Below are positions 19,695-26,713 of a stretch of 64,000 bases of DNA, piece by piece; position 1 is the first letter of the stretch; each line of letters starts with the position of its first letter. Both the position numbers and the translations under genes were made by a program. This stretch comes from Synechococcus sp. UW140. Its GTDB lineage: Bacteria; Pseudomonadota; Gammaproteobacteria; Burkholderiales; Burkholderiaceae_C. The notes beneath the pieces were generated by a model, which saw only the letters and a list, made by a program, of their open reading frames with translations, was not told the DNA's origin and ran no database searches. Location: contig CALRSS020000003.1 in the NCBI GenBank assembly GCA_943370905.1, positions 172,183-236,182 on the forward strand, read 5' to 3'.

Positions 19695-20831
19695 TCAGCG
19701 TGATCCAGGCGGCTCCAGCTTGCGCCAATGGGGTGGCAGCAGGTCCGACACCGCCGTCGGCTCCCGGCGCAGCGAGCGCCGCACGGTGGTGCTGTCCAGC
19801 GCCATGCCGTCCCTGGAGAGGTTGACATAGGCAAGTTGCTGCATCCACTGGACATCCACCTGCCCGTCCGGGCCGGGACGGGAGAAAATCAGCTCCAGCA
19901 TCCTGCGCGCTTCGCCGCTGCCCTGGCTCTGGGCCAGCCGGTACAAACGGATTGCCTCCACAAAATTGGCGGGCTGCCCCTCGCCGCGGTGGTTGCGCTG
20001 CGCGCGCGCAAAGTTTTCCTTGGCCGTGGCCAGAAGGCGTGGATCGGAGACGTTGTGCAGCCGCTCTGTCAACAGCGCTGCGTTGGCTGCGGCGGCAGGA
20101 GATCGCGGCGCTGCGGCCCGGAACTGCTGGAGTGCGTCGTTGAGGCGGTTTTCGGCGACGCTCTCGAAGCCCAGTTCCAGCCGGGCGTGAATGTTGCCGC
20201 CCTGGGCGGCGCCCAGCAGCAGACGCCTGTCTCCGGTGGACGAGCGCGCGGGTTCTCCGCGCAGGTCAGGCGTTGCGGCATGCAGCGGTGCAAGCCGGGT
20301 CGTGACCAGCCATTGAAGGTAAAGCGACCGCGGCAGGTCCACTCCGCGAAGCTGCAGGATCCAGCGGCGCGCGGCAGCCGGGTTGGGTGTTCCCTGGCAG
20401 CCTTCGATCTCGCACCAGGCGAGACCTGCCGCCGCCATGGGTTCACCCAGCTTGCGGGCGCGTTCGAACCATCGGGCGGCTTCAGCGGGGTTGTACGCCA
20501 CACCAATGCCATGCAGGTAGAGCAGGCCCAGTGTCCATGAGGCCGTGGCCTGTTGGCGGGGCGTCTGCTCCTGCTCCGGTTCGCTCGCCAAGGCCTGTGC
20601 GCGCAAGCTTGACACCTCCAGATCCAGCCCGGACGGATCGCTGGCGGCATGAAGAGCGGGCGGCGCAGCTTCGGTGGCCCGCAGGGTCTGCGCGTCGGCG
20701 TCCTGCGCTTTGAGTGGCGGGGCGGACTCGATATCGCCTTCCAGGGGAGGGACGGCTTCAGCGCTGACAGCTGCCGCTGCAGACGCGGCCAGCAGCCACA
20801 GCCCGAGTGCGCAAGACATGCCGTGCCACAT
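19695..20831 (-). CDS. Secreted Sel1-like repeat protein
   Basis: Signal-like N-terminus. Sel1 motifs LGLLYLHGIGVAYNPAEAARWFERA and HRGEGQPANFVEAIRLYRLA. Starts 22 bp after the upstream gene. Confidence 0.8.
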   Translation of the reverse strand: MWHGMSCALGLWLLAASAAAAVSAEAVPPLEGDIESAPPLKAQDADAQTLRATEAAPPALHAASDPSGLDLEVSSLRAQALASEPEQEQTPRQQATASWTLGLLYLHGIGVAYNPAEAARWFERARKLGEPMAAAGLAWCEIEGCQGTPNPAAARRWILQLRGVDLPRSLYLQWLVTTRLAPLHAATPDLRGEPARSSTGDRRLLLGAAQGGNIHARLELGFESVAENRLNDALQQFRAAAPRSPAAAANAALLTERLHNVSDPRLLATAKENFARAQRNHRGEGQPANFVEAIRLYRLAQSQGSGEARRMLELIFSRPGPDGQVDVQWMQQLAYVNLSRDGMALDSTTVRRSLRREPTAVSDLLPPHWRKLEPPGSR

Positions 20832-20852
20832 GGCGGCTGCTCCGGGGCCGCG

Positions 20853-22583
20853 CTAGCGTGCGGCTGGTGGTGGTGGGGCGGCAGGCGGCGTGGCCGCCAC
20901 TGCCCGCTTCGGCCCGACCGCCCATTGCACACCTGCAAACGTATAGCCGCTGCTGCCCAGGGCCGTGGCAAAGGCCTTGTTCACCTCGTCCAGACTTGCC
21001 ACGTCACGCAGGCCGGTCAATGCCTGTGACTTGAGGAGTTGCGGCAGTTTTTCCGTTGCAGAGGCGTCCGTCGCGAAGCAGCCAACGCGATCGGTACCCA
21101 TGCTGCTGGCGTCCATGATGAAGCCGGGGCTCGGGCTCATCCAGTCGGGAATGCGGATCGCCTGGTTGGCGCTGATCAGTGCGTTGGGATTGGTCTTGTT
21201 CGGCAGCAGGCGCATGACTTTGCCGCTGGCCTCATGCAGGAAGCAATACAGGTAGGACGCGCGTGACACGGTCGCCGACAGGAAAATCTGCTCTCCGACC
21301 TCGAAGGAGGTTCGACCGACAAGCACGTTCTCGATCTGCAAATCGATTTTTCGGGGTGGTGCTGCAGCACCGTACGCTGCGGGGCCATAGGGATGTTCAG
21401 GTCTGCGCAAACCGGGCGTGGAACTGGCAACCGGCGACGCATTGCCGGCTGTCCAGCCGATCTGCTGAAGCTTTCCGTCCTGTCCCATCACGACAAAGTT
21501 ACGGAGTGCACGCTCATAGGTCGGGAAGTCGACCACGCCGGACACCACCATGCCCGAGTCGGCCTGGAACCTCCCGAGCGCCATGACGAACTCCGGATGA
21601 TTGGCATCGAGCTGTGCACCATTGGGCCCGAGATAGCCGTGGCTGATCAGTGAGTTCTGGACGAGCTTGTTGTGGAGCAAGGGTGAGCCCTGGTCATACC
21701 AGTCGCGCAGCTGGCGCTGGAAATCCGGGTGCGTCTGCTCCAGCGTCAGGCATTGCCAGTAGGGCACCCGGGCCCATTTCCCGACCAGCTCGATGGCTGC
21801 AAGATCGACCAGCGTGCGGATGGCGGCGCCGGCACCCTGCGCGTAGTCACGCCCCACGTTGAACTGCACACCGTATCGTCCTATGCGCCCGGCCAGGTCC
21901 AGGCCTTGCCCGCCGGTGGCAATGATCACCTCGTTGGCAGAGTCCAGCCCGGGAATGAGCGTGCGGGAGCGGAAATCGCCGATATGCAGTTCCAGCCCGA
22001 TGATGGTGGCGTTGCGCGTTCTGCTGTAACCCGTGTCCAGCCGGGAGGAGGCCGTGCCGACCTCAAAGCGGTTGTTGATGACGTTCTGGTCCACAAAGGC
22101 CACCGAGCCGGAGAAATAAAGCGCCGGTCGCTGAAGCTGTATCTGGTTGTTGTTGAGGAGAATCGTTGTCAGGTTCTGCACCGTGTCCTGCCGCGCAATA
22201 TCGACTTCGTAATCGACGTAACGGAAGGCGTTGCTCAGTCGTGACATCTGCGACAAAGCCGTGATGATCATGTCCTTGGTGGCGACCGGGGCACGTGTCG
22301 AAATGTCAGGAATCTGCTTGCTCGTGACCAGTGTGGTGGGCAACTCGGCCTCACGGAACAGGTAGTCCATGCACATCAGTGCGTCTGAGAAACTTGAAAC
22401 TGATCGCACAGGCCGCACCACGGGCCGGTCGGTAGCGCTGGCATAGGACTGGAACAGCGCATCGCCGCGCGGATCGGCTGGCGTGCCGCAGCCCGCCATC
22501 ATCAGGGAGCCGATGACGCACAAAATTGCGGCCTTCAAGCCAGGCCGTTGACGGACCTGGTCTGGCGAAATGAAGTGTTTCAT
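20853..22583 (-). CDS. CsgG/HfaB-like lipoprotein with peptidoglycan-binding and DUF4384 domains
   Basis: Lipobox-like MAGC. N-domain (SFSDALMCMD...FRYVD...GLELHIGD...AIRTLVDLAAIELVGK) is reminiscent of CsgG/HfaB. PG_binding_1-like ALGRFQADSGMVVSGVVD; DUF4384-like FEVGEQIFLS...YLYCF...RLLPN. Confidence 0.6.
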   Translation of the reverse strand: MKHFISPDQVRQRPGLKAAILCVIGSLMMAGCGTPADPRGDALFQSYASATDRPVVRPVRSVSSFSDALMCMDYLFREAELPTTLVTSKQIPDISTRAPVATKDMIITALSQMSRLSNAFRYVDYEVDIARQDTVQNLTTILLNNNQIQLQRPALYFSGSVAFVDQNVINNRFEVGTASSRLDTGYSRTRNATIIGLELHIGDFRSRTLIPGLDSANEVIIATGGQGLDLAGRIGRYGVQFNVGRDYAQGAGAAIRTLVDLAAIELVGKWARVPYWQCLTLEQTHPDFQRQLRDWYDQGSPLLHNKLVQNSLISHGYLGPNGAQLDANHPEFVMALGRFQADSGMVVSGVVDFPTYERALRNFVVMGQDGKLQQIGWTAGNASPVASSTPGLRRPEHPYGPAAYGAAAPPRKIDLQIENVLVGRTSFEVGEQIFLSATVSRASYLYCFLHEASGKVMRLLPNKTNPNALISANQAIRIPDWMSPSPGFIMDASSMGTDRVGCFATDASATEKLPQLLKSQALTGLRDVASLDEVNKAFATALGSSGYTFAGVQWAVGPKRAVAATPPAAPPPPAAR

Positions 22584-22701
22584 TTTCTCGTCCCTCCGCG
22601 ATGCATGGGAAAGTGAAGGTGGCCAACACATGGAACGCGCAGCGCATGTTGCCGCTGATGTCGCCTGTTCTGGCTGTATGGCATACGTCGGTCCGCCTGG
22701 C

Positions 22702-23130
22702 CTACTTGCAGATGTTCACCAGATCGCCCTTGAGCACCACAATCTGCTGGCTGTTGCCCGGCGTGTTCAGCCTTGAGCCGGCGAGCATGCTGGTCGTTGT
22801 GGTGCTGCCGACTTCCTGGATGCAGGTCTTCTTGAAGCCGTCGGAGGCAGCCTGGGTGGTGGCATCCGTATCGGTAGAGATACCTCGGGTCATGTCCGAA
22901 TTCGCCTTGGCCTCGTAGCGTGCGACCTTGGCCTTCATCCAGGCCGGCATGTCGGTAATCGATTCCATGGGCGAGCTGGTCCGGCTGCCGCCGGTCGGTG
23001 ACATCTGTACCGTGACGCGCTTGGTCAGGACCACAGGGTCTTCGCCGGGCGCATTTTGCGACCACACCGGCAGTGTGAGGCAGGTGCTGATGATGGCCAC
23101 CACGCCTGGAAGGTGCAGGGATGTTTTCAT
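22702..23130 (-). CDS. Small secreted hypothetical protein with Cys-bracketed C-terminal beta segment
   Basis: Signal peptide MKTSL...LPVWS; C-terminus CIQEVGS...SQQIVVLKGDLVNICK. Confidence 0.75.
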   Translation of the reverse strand: MKTSLHLPGVVAIISTCLTLPVWSQNAPGEDPVVLTKRVTVQMSPTGGSRTSSPMESITDMPAWMKAKVARYEAKANSDMTRGISTDTDATTQAASDGFKKTCIQEVGSTTTTSMLAGSRLNTPGNSQQIVVLKGDLVNICK

Positions 23131-23292
23131 GACGCAATCCTCCAACCTTGATGTTTGAAGAAGCCGCCGGATCAGGCCCCGCCTGACCCGGCGCGCGCTG
23201 GCATGCCACACGGGCCGCCAGAGAAAGTGCAATATCCGGAATCGCCGGTATTGGAGGGTGACTCGGACAACACTGAGGGGATCACCTGGCGC

Positions 23293-23769
23293 TCAGTTGT
23301 CGTGGCCGTGGCCGCGGCTGGAACCCGTGGTGACGCAGGCAAAGCAGGCATTGTTCGAGGCAATGTTCTGCACGGCGGTGGCGTCGCGGCCGGTGGCGCT
23401 GTTCAGGACATAGCTGCTGGCCAGTACCGTGGCCTGCATCGAATGGCCGCTGATGGTCACATCACCCACATTGGACGACAGGTTCTGCTGGGCCACAGTG
23501 TCTGCATTGGAGAGGTTGCCCACGTAGCTGCCGCGTGCAGCGACGATCTGCAGCGAGTGGCCGCGGATATCCACATCACCGGCATTGCTGGCCAGGTTTT
23601 GTTGCGCCAGTGAGTCCGTGCCGTTGGCGGTGTTGACCACGCCCGTGCTGGACAGGACGGCAATCTGTGTCGAGGTGCCTGTGATCCTGATTTCACTTGT
23701 CTCTGACGGCCCGGTTGCCATCGCTGCAGTGGCGATGGAGGACAGGGCGAGGAGTAGAAGCTTTTTCAT
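23293..23769 (-). CDS. Secreted three-repeat Q/N-ladder protein, candidate functional amyloid / beta-solenoid adhesin subunit
   Basis: Sec signal (MKKLLLLALSSIATAAMA), three imperfect 38-39 aa repeats, C-terminal CFAC, AAGGA RBS. The ORF is solid; the amyloid role is inferred. Confidence 0.75.
   Translation of the reverse strand: MKKLLLLALSSIATAAMATGPSETSEIRITGTSTQIAVLSSTGVVNTANGTDSLAQQNLASNAGDVDIRGHSLQIVAARGSYVGNLSNADTVAQQNLSSNVGDVTISGHSMQATVLASSYVLNSATGRDATAVQNIASNNACFACVTTGSSRGHGHDN
23344..23691 (-). repeat. Three tandem imperfect 38-39 codon repeats within the secreted subunit gene
   Basis: R1 aa27-65, R2 aa66-103, R3 aa104-142. Twelve invariant positions: I-x-G-x-S-x-Q...V-x-N...D-x-x-A-x-Q-N-x-x-S-N. 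Confidence 0.9.
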
Positions 23770-24373
23770 GACAGTTTCCTTCAGAAATTAAATGATGACT
23801 TCCTTGGTCTCCGTGAAATCCGGAGACCGGCCTGACGACATTGCACGGCGAAATGGTTTTTGGAGATCCCTCTTCTCCGGCGCTGTCGAGATGAAGTGTG
23901 GTGATTACTTTTATCTACTCCAATCGCCCATTGAAGTGACTCAAGTTGTGCACCTGGCGAAGGCCAACTGATTTGCCGGGGACATGCTGAACCCTGAAAC
24001 AGCTGTGTCGCTCGCTATCAATTTATGACTTTTGAAGCATCTCAATACTGGGTAGTTACAAGGTGTATCTGAGGCAACAGGCCTGAAAAAGTATCACTTT
24101 CCGGCCGGAGTTGTTTCTTAATTGACTACTTGCGTAGGCAAAACGACGGATTGGCGGGTAGCGGACGACAGCTTGAGCGGTGATGTAACAAAACGGGAAA
24201 ACATGGTGAGCGTGCGAAACCACCTGGCTGGCAGGGTTATCGGCCGCGGATGTCATTTATGCCGGTTGATTGATCTGGGTCATCAAAAGGCGAGGGCAGG
24301 GCGCCATACTCGCACCGGATTTTTGTGTACTTTTTGTGCAGGTGCCGACGCATAAAAAGAACGGGAGACAACC

Positions 24374-25156
24374 ATGAACTACGCCAATCAGTGCGTAAGC
24401 CAATCGCAGCCTGATTTTTTCGATGCGCAGGGCCTGTGGGTCAACGGGCAGACATCACACGGGGACCAGTTGCCGCTGTGGCCGGATTTCCTGACGGGGC
24501 AACCCGGCCAACCTGTTCGGGTTTTGCTGATTGATGACGATGCCCACATTCGAAAGGTGATTTCGCACGAACTGCTCGGAGACCTGCGTACCGACCTGGT
24601 GGGGGAGGCGAGCAGCATGCGGGAAGGCCGGCGTCTGATTTCGCAGCTCGAGTTTGATGTCATGCTGGTCGACCTGAACCTGGGCGACGGTACCGGCTTC
24701 GACCTGATCGACCACATGAAAACAGAACGTCCCATGGCGGAGGCGGTGGTCATTTCCGCACTCGAGGACGAAGAGCATGCCATGCATGCCTTCACGCTGG
24801 GTGCGACCGGCTATTACGTCAAGAACTCATGGTTTGGAAACTTTGCCGATGCTGTCCTGCAGGTGGCCAACGGTGGCGCCTCCATCACGCCGAGCCTTGC
24901 GCGCCGCCTCCTGAACAAGCTGCACCATCCACCGGAGTCCGGCCATTCATCCCACGGCGCGGGCAAGCGGCTGTCAGACCGGGAGAAAGAGGTGCTCAAA
25001 CTGGTGGCCGCAGGCTACACCAGCAACGAGATCGGAACGCGGCTGTTGCTGAGTTGCCAGACCGTTAATTCGCACATCAAGAACATCTATCGCAAACTGC
25101 ATGTGCGCAGCCGGGCCCAGGCTGTGAGCTATGCGGCACATCGGGGCCTTGTCTAG
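24374..25156 (+). CDS. NarL/LuxR-family response regulator
   Basis: REC (LLIDDD, LVDLNLGDGTG, GYYVK) plus HTH (LSDREKEVL...TVNSHIKNIYRKL); about 45 aa N-terminal extension. Confidence 0.93.
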   Translation: MNYANQCVSQSQPDFFDAQGLWVNGQTSHGDQLPLWPDFLTGQPGQPVRVLLIDDDAHIRKVISHELLGDLRTDLVGEASSMREGRRLISQLEFDVMLVDLNLGDGTGFDLIDHMKTERPMAEAVVISALEDEEHAMHAFTLGATGYYVKNSWFGNFADAVLQVANGGASITPSLARRLLNKLHHPPESGHSSHGAGKRLSDREKEVLKLVAAGYTSNEIGTRLLLSCQTVNSHIKNIYRKLHVRSRAQAVSYAAHRGLV

Positions 25157-25167
25157 CCGAGTCCACC

Positions 25168-26481
25168 ATGTCTGCCAACTGGACGTATGCGGATGAGGCC
25201 GCTGCACGCACCGCGCCTGGAGCAACCATGCCATGGTTTCCCGACTGGCTGGCCGAGAGGTCCAGACATGTACTGAACGCCAGGCTGCACGCGGCGTGGC
25301 AGCTGGCCCTGCTCATCTGGGTGAGCCATTTCCTGGCATCGGCTGCGCTGGTGGTGAATGGCGACGCTGACAAAAACCTCTACACCGCACACCTCGGGGT
25401 GCAGATTGTCATCATCAGCGAAGCTTTTTTCCTGCTTTCTGCCGGCAACTTCAAAAGCAGCAGGATCCTGTGGATTCTGGGTGCGCAGGGAGGTGCCACG
25501 GCCATGGCACTGGCCTGGCAGTCGTGGTCGGGCGCCCCCGGTACGCAGACCGCCTCAACGCTGGTGCTTGTCACCTTGCTGTCGGCCGTCGTGCTGACCC
25601 TTGCGCTGTGCGCTTGCGTGTATCTGCCCGGAAATTATTCAGGCTGGCTCGCGTTGGTCGGCAGCCTGCTGGGCATCGGCTTTTGCATCGAGCGAATCGT
25701 TCACGGCATGCCCCCGGGTGACATTTCCTTCCTGTCGCATCATGGCTATGCCTTGCTGGCATTGGTGGTGTGGCATGCCATGGTGGGCGCAGCCCGGCCC
25801 CGGGCGCCTCCACAGGCTGAAGGCCTCATGCCTTCCGCTGGCGCCACACAGGGCCGCTCGGGCGTGGCGCTGGCCGTCGCCCATGAGCGGCACCGGATTG
25901 CCCGGAACCTGCACGACGGGGTCGCATCGCATCTTGTCAGCATCATGTCGTCCCTGAACGAGCAGAACCCCCAGCAACAGGCACTGAGCCTGGCCCTCGA
26001 ACAGTGCCTGCTGGACATCAAGATGACTGTGGATGGCATGGAATGCGTGGACCAGAACCTGACCGACGCACTGGGCAGCTTGCGTTACCGGGTGCAGCGC
26101 CCCCTGGACAGGCTGGGCATCCGCATGATCTGGGACGTGGAGATGAGCATGGCGCTCGATCAGGTGCGTGGCCCTGACGTGGAGCACATTCTTCACATCG
26201 CCCAGGAATGCCTGTCGAATGTCATGCGTCACGCCAGCGCCTCGGAGGTGATCGTCGTCTGCCGTTACGCGGCCGATTCCGGACGCATCGAGCTGGAGGT
26301 GCGCGACAACGGCGTGGGCATCGCGTCGGGCGGTGCTGAAGGCACGTCAGGCAAGGGCCTTCACAACATCGACGAGCGGGCCCGATTGATCCACGGCAAT
26401 GTGGCCGTCTTCAGCAAGGAGGGCTCAGGAACCATCGTGTTCCTGACCTTCCCGCTCATGCTGCCGGTCGCCGGCGTGTAG
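25168..26481 (+). CDS. Multi-TM HisKA_3 sensor histidine kinase
   Basis: About 6 TM segments, ERHRIARNLHDG H-box, QECLSNVMRHA, VRDNGVG, GKGLHN. Confidence 0.9.
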   Translation: MSANWTYADEAAARTAPGATMPWFPDWLAERSRHVLNARLHAAWQLALLIWVSHFLASAALVVNGDADKNLYTAHLGVQIVIISEAFFLLSAGNFKSSRILWILGAQGGATAMALAWQSWSGAPGTQTASTLVLVTLLSAVVLTLALCACVYLPGNYSGWLALVGSLLGIGFCIERIVHGMPPGDISFLSHHGYALLALVVWHAMVGAARPRAPPQAEGLMPSAGATQGRSGVALAVAHERHRIARNLHDGVASHLVSIMSSLNEQNPQQQALSLALEQCLLDIKMTVDGMECVDQNLTDALGSLRYRVQRPLDRLGIRMIWDVEMSMALDQVRGPDVEHILHIAQECLSNVMRHASASEVIVVCRYAADSGRIELEVRDNGVGIASGGAEGTSGKGLHNIDERARLIHGNVAVFSKEGSGTIVFLTFPLMLPVAGV

Positions 26482-26713
26482 GCAGGCGGTCATCTCCATG
26501 GGGATGTCAGGTAGCCGGACATCCCCCGCGCGTGATCACCTAGCGTAGGTGCTGAGGCGTCTGAGTGCTGTCGCCAAGGCATGCGTCCGCCCGTGACGGT
26601 AGTGTGGTGTGCTGTGAGAGAATCCGGCGCGCACAAGGCAAGCCTGATCGACCGGGTTCTGGCCTGGTGCAGCGGTTTTCCCTCTCCAGCTTCACGATCA
26701 GTCCACTCCCTTC

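Noticed and set aside
19695-23769. Calling the cluster classical curli (csg) or Fap
   Set aside because: No ~22-aa CsgA repeat, no recognisable CsgE/F, FapF barrel or FapD C39 peptidase; only architectural similarity.
23770-23900. c-di-GMP riboswitch in the subunit leader
   Set aside because: No GEMM-type GGCAAACC...GAAA...GACGCAAAGC pattern was seen.
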